Shown piece by piece: positions 19,769 through 29,086 of a stretch of DNA of 64,000 nucleotides. This DNA is from Thermodesulfobium acidiphilum (GTDB lineage Bacteria > Thermodesulfobiota > Thermodesulfobiia > Thermodesulfobiales > Thermodesulfobiaceae): assembly GCF_003057965.1 (NCBI RefSeq), contig NZ_CP020921.1:1538916-1602915 (forward strand), in the 5' to 3' direction. A program made the translations under genes and the position numbers. Every line of letters begins with the position of its first letter. Within the stretch, counting starts at the first letter, position 1. The notes below the pieces were generated by a model. That model was not told the origin of the DNA and did not search any database. It saw nothing but the letters and a program-made list of their open reading frames with translations.

Positions 19769-20179
19769 CTAACGCACCTTCTCTTTCAAAAAAGCTCCAG
19801 CTTTTTTGTCAACTTTCATTATATGATTAACCAACCAATCTACTAGGTTTTTACTTAATTTCATCGTAAGAGAAATTGATGGGCCATTTTGCTCAAAATC
19901 TTTTTTTAACTCTCCTACATAACTAACAAAATATTTGTGTTGTTCAATTTGCTCATTTAAACCCGGATAATTATATTGTTTCATATATTTTTCCTCAGAA
20001 TTAAAGTGTTCTACAACGTAATCTGACAAAAAGTTTAATGTCTCACCTATTTCTTGTTTCCCTTTACCAGGATTACAAGCATCTAAAAGCTTATTTACTC
20101 TGTTTATAAGTTCTTTGTGTTGATCGCCAATTTCTTTAAATCCAGAACTTAAATCATCGCTCCACTGAACTAATGGCAT
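19769..20179 (-). CDS. Bacteriohemerythrin
   Basis: WSDDLS.G..I.DQH, HF..EE..M...YP, WL.NHI...D. Confidence 0.92.
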   Translation of the reverse strand: MPLVQWSDDLSSGFKEIGDQHKELINRVNKLLDACNPGKGKQEIGETLNFLSDYVVEHFNSEEKYMKQYNYPGLNEQIEQHKYFVSYVGELKKDFEQNGPSISLTMKLSKNLVDWLVNHIMKVDKKAGAFLKEKVR

Positions 20180-20253
20180 AATGTCACCTCTTAATATTAA
20201 TAATCAAAATTATATTTTATATTCCTAAAATTAAAAAAATCAAACAAGTAAAA

Positions 20254-20285
20254 GGAGCTTATGGTTATTTTAAATCATAAGCTCC
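20254..20285 (-). terminator. Terminator after the NifX-family gene
   Basis: GGAGCTTATG...CATAAGCTCC stem followed by TTTT on the minus strand. Confidence 0.75.
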
Positions 20286-20309
20286 CATATGCACAATATA
20301 ATATTTGCT

Positions 20310-20666
20310 CTAACCCATTCCAAACTGATTTGGATCTTTTAGTTCTTGTAACTTGCCTTCTAAAAATAACTTTAGAGCTAATTTAACGTCTTTTTCATCG
20401 GTAGAATAAATTTTTATATTTTGTGATCTTAATAGGTCAAACGCCTTAGGCCCAATATTCTTTGAGATTATAATATCTACGTTTGCATTTACAACTGTTT
20501 GTGCTGCCTGTAAACCTGCACCTTGAGGAGCTTTTAGGTTTTGAACGTTTTCGTATTGTTCCCACGTTTCTCTTTCAGTATCATAAACAAAGAAAAACTT
20601 TGATCTTCCAAAGCTCTCGTCCATAATCATCTTCTCATTATCAAAAACCGCAAACGCTATTCTCAT
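20310..20666 (-). CDS. NifB/NifX (dinitrogenase FeMo-co domain) family protein
   Basis: FGRSKFF, GAGLQAAQ, IGPKAF. Confidence 0.9.
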   Translation of the reverse strand: MRIAFAVFDNEKMIMDESFGRSKFFFVYDTERETWEQYENVQNLKAPQGAGLQAAQTVVNANVDIIISKNIGPKAFDLLRSQNIKIYSTDEKDVKLALKLFLEGKLQELKDPNQFGMG

Positions 20667-20673
20667 TTTTCAA

Positions 20674-21873
20674 CTAATGCTTGCACTCATGGCCTTTGCC
20701 ATGCTCATGATCACAAGAGTTTTTACCTATAACCAATCTATTATTTAAATAAGCATCTACCACTTCTCTTAAAGTTCCACCAGATACACCCGTAATTACC
20801 TCGATACCATTTTGTCTCATTAAATTTTGAGCCATAGGGCCCATCCCGCCTGTCAAAACTACGTTAACTTTTTGTTGAGCAAGCCAATTGGGTATCACAC
20901 CTGGAGCATGCGGGGGTGGTGTAAGATATTCTTCCTTTACAATTTTCCCATCTTCCACATCCACTACTCCAAAAACTTCACAATGACCAAAATGAGCGCA
21001 TAACTCTCCTTGTGCCATAGGTATAGCAATCCTCATAAAACTTTCTCCTCCTTTATTTCGTTCATTTATAGATAATTTATTAATAATTTTGTCAACTATA
21101 TCATCCATAATATTCTTTATATTCCCATCATATTTATCTAAAAGATTCCCTTCATCGCTTTCCTCAACAACCTTTGGGTCGATAGGAATTTTACCCAAAA
21201 AGTCTATTTTATATTGTTTGGAAAGCTCATCTCCGCCGCCTGACTTAAATATATTATGAACAGCCCCACAATTTGGGCATACAAAACCGCTCATATTTTC
21301 AATAACTCCAAGAACGTCAATGCCCACTTGTTTACAAAAAGTTAAAGATTTTCTCACATCTGCAAGAGAAACTTTTTGGGGTGTAGTTACAATTAAAGCT
21401 TTACAATCTGGAATTGTTTGTGCAATAGTTAAAGGCTCGTCGCCAGTTCCCGGCGGACTGTCGATTATAAGATAATCTAAATCTCCCCAATCAACATCAG
21501 ACAAGAACTGTTTTATAATGCCTATTTTTATAGGACCTCTCCATATTATTGCATCGTCTGGATTTTCAAGTAAAAACTGAACAGAAACTACTTTAAGATT
21601 TTTACTCCAAAGAACTGGCTTCAACATTTCACCAGATGGATAAATCCTTTGCCAAACTATGCCCATTATTGTGCCTATACTTGGTCCGTGTACATCTACA
21701 TCCAAAAGGCCAACTTTATATCCTCTATTAGAAAGAAAAACTGCCAAATTAGCAGCAACTGTGCTCTTTCCTACTCCACCTTTGCCGCTCATAACCATAA
21801 TTTTATTAGGAACTTTTTTTAAAAAATCCTCCATCTTTTTAAGCTTTTCTTCGTTTTTATCCTTATCTACCAA
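20674..21873 (-). CDS. Mrp/NBP35 Fe-S carrier ATPase fused to a NifX-like domain (MrpORP type)
   Basis: SGKGGVGKST, IWRGP, DSPPGTGD, ENMSGFVCPNC, followed by MRIAIP..CAHFGHCE domain and His-rich tail. Confidence 0.93.
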   Translation of the reverse strand: MVDKDKNEEKLKKMEDFLKKVPNKIMVMSGKGGVGKSTVAANLAVFLSNRGYKVGLLDVDVHGPSIGTIMGIVWQRIYPSGEMLKPVLWSKNLKVVSVQFLLENPDDAIIWRGPIKIGIIKQFLSDVDWGDLDYLIIDSPPGTGDEPLTIAQTIPDCKALIVTTPQKVSLADVRKSLTFCKQVGIDVLGVIENMSGFVCPNCGAVHNIFKSGGGDELSKQYKIDFLGKIPIDPKVVEESDEGNLLDKYDGNIKNIMDDIVDKIINKLSINERNKGGESFMRIAIPMAQGELCAHFGHCEVFGVVDVEDGKIVKEEYLTPPPHAPGVIPNWLAQQKVNVVLTGGMGPMAQNLMRQNGIEVITGVSGGTLREVVDAYLNNRLVIGKNSCDHEHGKGHECKH

Positions 21874-21876
21874 AAT

Positions 21877-22266
21877 CTAATCCTCCATTACGTTATTTTT
21901 AAATCTAATACATTTTTTTATTTCTTTTTTCCAACACATTTTACATCCTCTTCTACAAGCTTTATCCGGATCTAAAATCTTATAATTGCCGCCAGATATT
22001 ACAAAAGGCCTTCCAAACCATATAGACTGAGCAACTTTAACTCTTGCTGATTTTAATATTCTGCAAAAAGTCGGTGCCGATACCTGCATACTTCTTGCTG
22101 CTTCCTGAAAATCATAGTTTTCCAGATCTACCAACCTTAAAGCCTCAACTTCTTCATAAGTCAAAACGTTTGCCATCTCAAGGCAAGAAGATTGGCAATC
22201 TACAGGCTTGAAGCATTTTATAGCAGGCACACAAAATAGCCTTCTTTCTTTCGGTGGTCTTGCTAC
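21877..22266 (-). CDS. DUF134 family DNA-binding protein
   Basis: EEVEALRLVD...AA.SMQVSAPTF.RIL..AR.KVA. The conserved N-terminus ARPPKER lies upstream of the track's GTG and begins at GTA 22266. Confidence 0.88.
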   Translation of the reverse strand, partial: VARPPKERRLFCVPAIKCFKPVDCQSSCLEMANVLTYEEVEALRLVDLENYDFQEAARSMQVSAPTFCRILKSARVKVAQSIWFGRPFVISGGNYKILDPDKACRRGCKMCWKKEIKKCIRFKNNVMED

Positions 22267-22282
22267 TTTTATTCCTCCTAAT

Positions 22283-22308
22283 TTATTATGAAATATATTT
22301 CATAATAA
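22283..22308. promoter_or_regulatory. Perfect 26-bp palindrome (operator) overlapping a minus-strand promoter
   Basis: TTATTATGAAATATATTTCATAATAA is its own reverse complement. TTGACA (22329-22324), N16, TATTAT on the minus strand. Confidence 0.75.
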
Positions 22309-22357
22309 TACAAAAAAAAATTATGTCAAGTATCAATCAAATCAGTTAAGGAAACTC

Positions 22358-22620
22358 TCAAAGTATTGTTAGCTGGGATGACCATTTGATAGCCTCCATA
22401 TATGCCATTATCACATCATCAAAATTTAATTTCAATTGCTCCGATAATTTTAAGAATTTATCTACTTCTGTTTTTTCATAAGAGATAACGAGTTCTAAAA
22501 CTTGAAAATAGATATTTTTTCCCATCAAAGCATCCTTATACAAGAGTATTAATGAAGTTTGTATGCTTTAACTTTCATATTTTTATTGAATATTGGATGT
22601 CTCGCTACAACAACATCCAC
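22358..22620 (-). pseudogene. Internally deleted EAL-HDOD (YuxH-like) gene
   Basis: SD+GTG opens MDVVVARHPIFNKNMKVKAYKL (YuxH-like N-terminus), abutting KDALMG...LELVISYE...AYMEAIKW (HDOD C-terminus). Confidence 0.8.
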
Positions 22621-22737
22621 TTTTTCCCTCCAAAATAAATGGCATTTTCTACTTAAAAAATATTCTAAATTTAATATTTAAAAGTATATAAGGAATAAAT
22701 AAAAAAAATCAAGTGATAAATTAAAAAAGAAAACAAA

Positions 22738-23928
22738 TTAATATAAATGAAGAATTCCAAACAAAATAAAGGAACCTAAAATAGCAACTGAAATAAGTAA
22801 CACTATATTTACTTTTTTATACAACCCCACAAGAAAAATTATTAAAAAGATAAAAGAAAGTGGATCTTTTACAGCCATTGGAAAGTAAATAATTGACATT
22901 GAAGCTAATAACCCAGTCAACGCAATCAAGAGGCCAAAAATTCCACTCCTAATCCAAGAAAGATGTGATATCCTCTCATAAAATGGAGAAACTATTATCG
23001 TAAATACTATTGAGGGCATGAATGTAAACAAAAAAGAAAATAGTGCCGCAGAAAATGACCCGATAAAAAATCCAATAAATGATGTAACACACAGTATTGG
23101 CCCAGGTGTTATCTGACTAAGGACTATTGCATCAAGAAAGTTTTCCTGACTTATTATCTTCATAGAGTCTACAAAAGTCTTTTGATATAAAGGCAAAGCA
23201 ACTTGAGCTCCACCAAAAGCCAAAAAACTTATCTGAGTAATTTTACAATAAAAAGGGATAAGATTAGGCGTTATAATATATGCAGAAATCACGAGCAAAG
23301 AAAGAGCAATAATACCTATTATAAATTCAATTTTTGGGATATATAGTTTTTTTTTAGAAATAACGTCACTGAAAATGTTTCTCTCTGGAAGAAAATTTCT
23401 GAAAAGTATAGAAATAGAAAAAGAAAGCAAAAAAACTAAAAAGATATTTATTCCTACCATATAACTTATAATACTTAGTAATAGTAATATTCTTCCAAAA
23501 TTTATATCTATATATTTTTTATAAAAGTTTAGGAAAGCTGAAATGAAAAATGCTACTACAAATGGTTTTAAACCATGGAATAAGAGATCAATAGTAGATA
23601 TATTAATGGATTTATAAAAATATGCAAGAATAGATATTAAAATTACAGAGGGGAAAACAAGGGCAAGAGCGCCTATTAAACCTGTCAAAAACCCAAACCT
23701 TCTATACCCAACATAACCAACCAAATTTATCATAATTGGACCGGGCAAAAGTTGAGTTAGAGCAATACCTTTAAGAAAATCATCTTCTGCAACATATCCC
23801 TTTTTTAATACAAATTCTTCTTTTAGATAAGAAATCATAGCAAGCCCCCCAAACACAGTTGAGCCTATAACTAAACAACGAATAATAAATTCAAAATTTA
23901 GAGTAATATTTTTAGACAGATTTTGCAT
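22738..23928 (-). CDS. chrA: Chromate efflux transporter (long-chain CHR)
   Basis: Two CHR repeats: FGG...QLLPGP and FGG...SQITPGP. Confidence 0.92.
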   Translation of the reverse strand: MQNLSKNITLNFEFIIRCLVIGSTVFGGLAMISYLKEEFVLKKGYVAEDDFLKGIALTQLLPGPIMINLVGYVGYRRFGFLTGLIGALALVFPSVILISILAYFYKSINISTIDLLFHGLKPFVVAFFISAFLNFYKKYIDINFGRILLLLSIISYMVGINIFLVFLLSFSISILFRNFLPERNIFSDVISKKKLYIPKIEFIIGIIALSLLVISAYIITPNLIPFYCKITQISFLAFGGAQVALPLYQKTFVDSMKIISQENFLDAIVLSQITPGPILCVTSFIGFFIGSFSAALFSFLFTFMPSIVFTIIVSPFYERISHLSWIRSGIFGLLIALTGLLASMSIIYFPMAVKDPLSFIFLIIFLVGLYKKVNIVLLISVAILGSFILFGILHLY

Positions 23929-23940
23929 CTATGCTTTCTG

Positions 23941-24321
23941 CTAGACTAATTGTTTAGATGTGTTCAAAAATTCTACAGCTTTTGGATAAAGAAATTTAAC
24001 ATCTTCTAAGGTTGGATTCGATCTCAAATTACAGATCGAATCGTTGTCACACTTATGTCTAAAAGTTTTGGCAAATTTTAGGGCATCAAAAAGCTCCTCA
24101 GAAAACTTGTTTTCTTTTACTATTTTTTTATCAAATAGTTCAAAAATCAAATCATGAGTGTACCCAGAAAAATCACCAATATCTAGTATAGCCAATACTG
24201 AATTAAACATCGAATAATAAAGTGCGTTCATTATGTAGTGGCTTTCTGCTCCAAAAGAAAGTAGATCTTTTGCCTCATTTAAATAATTCTCAGCAATTTT
24301 AAGCCTTTCATATTTATTCAT
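23941..24321 (-). CDS. HEPN domain protein
   Basis: A..YL.EA..L...NALYYSMF..V.A.L...TH...F pattern. Confidence 0.7.
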   Translation of the reverse strand: MNKYERLKIAENYLNEAKDLLSFGAESHYIMNALYYSMFNSVLAILDIGDFSGYTHDLIFELFDKKIVKENKFSEELFDALKFAKTFRHKCDNDSICNLRSNPTLEDVKFLYPKAVEFLNTSKQLV

Positions 24322-24391
24322 AATTATTTATTTTAACATGATTCTAAAGTTTTGATATAATAATCAAAATAAGAAACTTCTGGAGGAAAGA

Positions 24392-24976
24392 ATGTTTGAA
24401 CTTGATTGCAGAGGAATGGTTTGCCCAAAACCAGTAGTTCTAACAAAACAAGCTCTCAAAGAACATGATGAAATAATAGTTATAGTTGATAATAAAACTT
24501 CAAGAGATAATCTTAACAATCTTGCAAAAGATAAAAACATGCACTTCGAAGTAGAAGAAAAAAACAACTTATATTATTGCAAAATAAAAAAAGGTAAGAG
24601 TGAACAACCTCAGGAGAGAAAACTTGAAAATTTTTATGGGCAAGCCCCTTGGAGCGTTTTTATAAAATCAAATACTTTAGGACATGGAAGTGACGAACTT
24701 GGCAAGAATCTTATAAATGCCTTTTTTGATGCCATTTTATATTTTGAAGACCACCCAAAGGTTATTGCTTTTATGAATTCTGGCGTTTTTCTAACTCTGC
24801 AAGATTCTGAATGCTTAAAAGAAATTAAAATGCTTGAGGAGAAGGGTTCAAAAATACTAGTTTGTGGAACCTGCCTAAATTTTTTTAACGTTAAGGAGAA
24901 GCTCGCAGTTGGCAAAGTTTCTAATATGTTTTCTATCTTAGAATCCCTTAAAGGAACTTATATAATAGAACCTTAA
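24392..24976 (+). CDS. yedF: YedF-type sulfurtransferase-like selenium metabolism protein (TusA + DsrE domains)
   Basis: LDCRGMVCPKPV, LGHGSDELG..L, MNSGV, CGTCL, VGKVSNM. Confidence 0.9.
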   Translation: MFELDCRGMVCPKPVVLTKQALKEHDEIIVIVDNKTSRDNLNNLAKDKNMHFEVEEKNNLYYCKIKKGKSEQPQERKLENFYGQAPWSVFIKSNTLGHGSDELGKNLINAFFDAILYFEDHPKVIAFMNSGVFLTLQDSECLKEIKMLEEKGSKILVCGTCLNFFNVKEKLAVGKVSNMFSILESLKGTYIIEP

Positions 24977-24980
24977 AATT

Positions 24981-25730
24981 CTAAGAAGTTTCTTCTTGAT
25001 ATTTTATTTGTCTAATTTCACGCATATTTTTATCTATCATTTCCATTATCTTTTTTGAAGATCTTGAAGAATCCTCAGCTAACTTTCTAACCTCTTTTGC
25101 AACTACCGCAAACGTCCTACCAGCTTCTCCTGCTCTAGCCGCTTCAATACTGGCATTCAAAGAAAGTATATTTGTCCTGCCTGCAATGCTTTCCACAACC
25201 TTCACGGCCTCTGATACCTGTTCTTGAGTTTTAATTATGTGTTCAAGTTGTTCTGAGAAATAGTTGTCAATAATTAATTGGATGTCGAGTATAATCCTTT
25301 TAACAAAAGCACTAAAGGATTTTGCGAATTCAGATTCATCCTTTTCTACTTCGTGGACTATAGAAGAGATTTCCTCAAAATAAAGTCTATAAGCTCCTAA
25401 ATACCACGAAGGATAAAGTCCTATTAATTGGTGTTTTTTGCCAACAAAGAGCCTTCTTTGAAAGTACTCTTCATCTATTACAGGACTTGTAAGAGAGATA
25501 AAGTAATCCCTCATAGTTTTACTTAATCTTTCTAATGTAGAATTTTTATCAATTATTTCTTTAAGGTTTGAAAAGCTAGTAATGTGATCGTAAAACCTTT
25601 TCACAAAGCTATCTGCCTTCTTTTCAAAATAAGGCCTAAACTTTGCCATCCTTTGTAAATCTTCGATAGTAAGACCTAAATAACGAAATCTCTGCTGATA
25701 TTTTGAATCATTAGTTAAGTTTTCTTCCAT
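24981..25730 (-). CDS. Globin-coupled sensor (HemAT-like) with a short MCP signalling domain
   Basis: [18 protein letters not shown] globin; [31 protein letters not shown]. Confidence 0.92.
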   Translation of the reverse strand: MEENLTNDSKYQQRFRYLGLTIEDLQRMAKFRPYFEKKADSFVKRFYDHITSFSNLKEIIDKNSTLERLSKTMRDYFISLTSPVIDEEYFQRRLFVGKKHQLIGLYPSWYLGAYRLYFEEISSIVHEVEKDESEFAKSFSAFVKRIILDIQLIIDNYFSEQLEHIIKTQEQVSEAVKVVESIAGRTNILSLNASIEAARAGEAGRTFAVVAKEVRKLAEDSSRSSKKIMEMIDKNMREIRQIKYQEETS

Positions 25731-25822
25731 CCCGCACCACCTATTTTTTGTTTCTAATAATTATATATCAATATTACTTAATTTTTAATGCCTCTTTTCT
25801 ATGTTAAAATTCTAAAGATAAG

Positions 25823-26713
25823 TTGAAAACAGATTTAACAAAAAATAACTTGATAGGTTATATTTTCACCATAGGTGCTGCATCTTTATGGGGTTTTGGG
25901 GGGTGTGTGGCAAAATTTGCCTTCAATAAATCTATTGACCCTTTATTGTTTGTAAAGATAAGACTTGTTATGTCATTTTCAATACTTTTTATTTACCTTT
26001 ATTTCTTTAATAGAAAACATATACTCATAGATAAATCTGATATCCTATATTTTTTAATTTTAGGAATATTTGGTATGTCTACTATGCAACTATTTTATTT
26101 AATGGCTATAAAGTATACAAACGTATCTACTGCCGTCTTTTTGCAATACACGTCACCTGTTTTAATGGCTTTATATTTGTACTTTTTTGAGAAAAATCTT
26201 ATCTCGATACCAAAGGTAATGGCAATCTCACTCTCCTTAATTGGAGGCGCATGTTTTGCAGCCAATATGGCAGAAACATCTCTAAAGTTCCAGGGATTCT
26301 TTTACGGGATACTAGCTGCATTAGGAATGGCTTTTATAAGCGTTTATGGTAGAAAGTCCTTAAAAAAATATAGTCCTTTGACACTTATACTTTATTCCTC
26401 TGGCTTTGCAGCAATCTTTATCAATATAATTACTCCATTCGACATCACAATTTTCAGTCTGTCCAAATCGACATGGTTAATATTAGTTTATTTTTCTATA
26501 TTCTCAACATTAATTCCATATTTTCTATATTTTAAAGGAGTTTCAATAATAAGCCCTACAAATGCAGGGATTACAGCATGTTTAGAGCCATTCATTGCTT
26601 CGATTGTTGCATTTTTTTGGCTTAAAGAGAACTTGACAACTCTACAAATTATTGGTGGAATTTTAATTGTTTCAGGAGTTATAACTTTACAAAAATTTGA
26701 CAGATTACCATGA
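25823..26713 (+). CDS. EamA/DMT family transporter
   Basis: About 10 TM; AVFLQYTSP and LEP..A motifs. Confidence 0.9.
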   Translation: MKTDLTKNNLIGYIFTIGAASLWGFGGCVAKFAFNKSIDPLLFVKIRLVMSFSILFIYLYFFNRKHILIDKSDILYFLILGIFGMSTMQLFYLMAIKYTNVSTAVFLQYTSPVLMALYLYFFEKNLISIPKVMAISLSLIGGACFAANMAETSLKFQGFFYGILAALGMAFISVYGRKSLKKYSPLTLILYSSGFAAIFINIITPFDITIFSLSKSTWLILVYFSIFSTLIPYFLYFKGVSIISPTNAGITACLEPFIASIVAFFWLKENLTTLQIIGGILIVSGVITLQKFDRLP

Positions 26714-27561
26714 ATCTAATTTTTGGCCCAGCCGGTAATGAAGAACTCTTTTATAAATCAGGATTCAAATCAACCTTAGATTCTGCAAAATACATCTCAA
26801 AAATGGGGCTTTTTGCATTTGAATATCCGCTCACTCACGGCATAAGGCTAAGCGAGAGCACTGCTGTAAAAATAGGGGAATCTTTTAAGAGTGAGAATAT
26901 AAAGCTTAGTATTCATGCACCATATTATATAAATATAACAAGCCCAAATCCAGAAATATTAGAAAAGAGCGAAAAACATTTGATAAAAACATTGCAGTTT
27001 GGAAATTTGATGGGCGCTGATAGAATAATATTTCATCCAGGAAGTTCTAAAGGAAATAAAAGAAAAGTCATGCTAGAAAGATCTTTTAGTTTTTTAGAAC
27101 AATTTATCAGTAGAAATATAAAATTAATAAAAAACATTAAGCTTTGTCCAGAAACACACGGAAAGAGCATTAGTTTAGGAAATGTTGATGAAATAATAGA
27201 AATATGCAAAATAAATTCCGAGATCTTTTTGCCAGCCATAGATTTTGCTCATCTTTATGCTGTTAGTAAAGGGAATTTGACTCGAGAAGAAGATTTTACT
27301 AGTATCCTTAAGAAGTTTAAAAATTATAAAGAACTTCACATACATTTTAGTCAAATAGAATTTAATAATAGTGGAGAAGTAAGACATAGACCTCTAAACT
27401 CAGGTTTTGGACCACCAATTGATCCTTTCTTATTAAGTCTCTTAAAAAATTCTGTAAAAGGAAGGGTGATAGTTGAAACTCCTGGCACTCAAGCAAGAGA
27501 TGCTAAAATATTACTAGAAAGATTTTTAGTTCTGGAGGGAAAAGGTGTCAAACCCATATGA
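26710..27561 (+). CDS. nfo: Endonuclease IV-like TIM-barrel protein
   Basis: SIHAPYYIN, FHPG, PET.GK...G, IDFAH, HIHFS.IE, GE.RH. Confidence 0.85.
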   Translation: MNLIFGPAGNEELFYKSGFKSTLDSAKYISKMGLFAFEYPLTHGIRLSESTAVKIGESFKSENIKLSIHAPYYINITSPNPEILEKSEKHLIKTLQFGNLMGADRIIFHPGSSKGNKRKVMLERSFSFLEQFISRNIKLIKNIKLCPETHGKSISLGNVDEIIEICKINSEIFLPAIDFAHLYAVSKGNLTREEDFTSILKKFKNYKELHIHFSQIEFNNSGEVRHRPLNSGFGPPIDPFLLSLLKNSVKGRVIVETPGTQARDAKILLERFLVLEGKGVKPI

Positions 27562-27919
27562 CAAAGCACATGAATTAGCTAAATCAATCAAGGATTCACA
27601 AGAGTATAGCGAGCTAACTAAATCAATAGAATTAGTAAAAAGTGATGAAAATCTTTATAAAATGGTCAAAAATTTCTTCACCCTAAAAACCCAGATAGAG
27701 ATAGACATGCTTTCTGGAAAAGAAGAAAGTAAAGAAAAGAAAGATAATCTAAAAAGGCTTCATGATCTTGTAATGGCAATACCAGAGGGCAGAAAAATAA
27801 TCGAATCACAATACAGATTTCAGAGATTGATGGGCGATATCTATAAAATAATCGGTGAAGCTATTAACGAAGGGATGGAATTTTTTAACTTTCTTCAAGA
27901 AAAAGAAGAACAAAAATAA
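27545..27919 (+). CDS. YlbF/YheA/YmcA family regulator
   Basis: NPYDKAHELAK.I..S.EY...DIYKIIGEAI. Confidence 0.88.
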   Translation: MSNPYDKAHELAKSIKDSQEYSELTKSIELVKSDENLYKMVKNFFTLKTQIEIDMLSGKEESKEKKDNLKRLHDLVMAIPEGRKIIESQYRFQRLMGDIYKIIGEAINEGMEFFNFLQEKEEQK

Positions 27920-27926
27920 TATATTC

Positions 27927-28268
27927 CTATCCAAAAAGCTTGTCAAATGGTCTCCTCTCAGGAACAGTTACTCGTTTATCTGGGTTTTGATTCCATTCAT
28001 GACTAACATACAAACCACAATAGCACGATCCATATTCTTCAACGTCTTTATCTTTATACACACAAGGACATATAATATCTCTATCTCTTTCCCTATCACC
28101 AGAGTTCAACCGACAGGGGCAGCCCCTATAACCATTTCTTTTCTCATTTTCCAAAATTCCCCTTATAATTGACATTGTATGTTCTAAATCGTTATTTAAC
28201 TCTTGTCCTTTAGAATGCGCATATTTTGTCAAAATTTCAAATAGTTTCTCAGGGGTTACAGGGGCCAT
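27927..28268 (-). CDS. Ferredoxin:thioredoxin reductase catalytic subunit
   Basis: CPCR, IICPC and CYCGLY motifs. Confidence 0.93.
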   Translation of the reverse strand: MAPVTPEKLFEILTKYAHSKGQELNNDLEHTMSIIRGILENEKRNGYRGCPCRLNSGDRERDRDIICPCVYKDKDVEEYGSCYCGLYVSHEWNQNPDKRVTVPERRPFDKLFG

Positions 28269-28271
28269 GCT

Positions 28272-28532
28272 TTACACTAATCCTTTAATTTTTGCTTCAT
28301 TAAAACCTACTATAATAGTTTCCCCTTTAACTATAGTAGGAAAACCAGGATTAACCTTAGGATTACATTTATCAGCAAATTTCTTGACTGTTTCAAGAAT
28401 TTTGTTTTGTTCATCCTTTGGAAGTAAATCTACATCAATAGCCTCAAAATCAGCTCCTAATTCTTTAAGAAGAGCTTTAGCCTTCTTACAATAAGGGCAG
28501 GTGCTTAAAGCATATACTGTTATCTGAGCCAT
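28272..28532 (-). CDS. Glutaredoxin/NrdH-like redoxin
   Basis: YALSTCPYCKK, GFPT, IVGF; ATG 28532 after GGAGG. Confidence 0.92.
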   Translation of the reverse strand: MAQITVYALSTCPYCKKAKALLKELGADFEAIDVDLLPKDEQNKILETVKKFADKCNPKVNPGFPTIVKGETIIVGFNEAKIKGLV

Positions 28533-28546
28533 AAAAACCTCCAAAA

Positions 28547-28840
28547 TTAAGCTGAATTTTTTTCTATTTCCCTTAAAAGCTTGTATATGACTTTAAAAGT
28601 TAAAACCTTTGAAGTCCTGGCAATAGCATGAGACAAATCATCTGCAGAATAAACATTGCAATTTTGAAGATAAATAGAATCTTGTACGCTAAAATTATTC
28701 TCTTCCATAAAAAGCTCAGGGTCGAAGGCTAAAATTCCATTCTGCTCACCGTAGTAAATTTTCAATAAAGAGGAGAGCAATTCAGTAGCGGAAATATAAT
28801 TACCTATTTGACTGGATGAATCTACAATCTGATAAAACAC
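28547..28840 (-). CDS. Hypothetical protein
   Basis: Strong SD AAGGAGGTGA then GTG; co-oriented with grx. Confidence 0.7.
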   Translation of the reverse strand: MFYQIVDSSSQIGNYISATELLSSLLKIYYGEQNGILAFDPELFMEENNFSVQDSIYLQNCNVYSADDLSHAIARTSKVLTFKVIYKLLREIEKNSA

Positions 28841-28918
28841 TACGGTTCACCTCCTTGAATTTAAGAAACACGAGAATAATTCAACATTTTTTGCAATTAT
28901 AAACCACAAGCCTAAAAA

Positions 28919-29086
28919 CTATAAATCTTCTGAAATATCTTCTTCACTTTCACCAAAAATTGACTCATAGAGCTTTACAATACTACTTTCAATCTCAAGA
29001 TCCAAAGCTCTAATCTCTTTTTCCAACTTCCTATATTCATTTTCAGCTTCACTTTTAAGAATTTCTAGTTGATCTTCAAAGTTCAT
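28919..29086 (-). CDS. Small acidic coiled-coil protein (55 aa)
   Basis: Hand translation MNFEDQLEILKSEAENEYRKLEKEIRALDLEIESSIVKLYESIFGESEEDISEDL; below the ORF-track cutoff. Confidence 0.6.
   Translation of the reverse strand: MNFEDQLEILKSEAENEYRKLEKEIRALDLEIESSIVKLYESIFGESEEDISEDL

Noticed and set aside
6074-28532. Selenocysteine read-through, prompted by yedF
   Set aside because: qmoABC, grx and FTR are full length with Cys codons; no in-frame TGA at catalytic positions was seen
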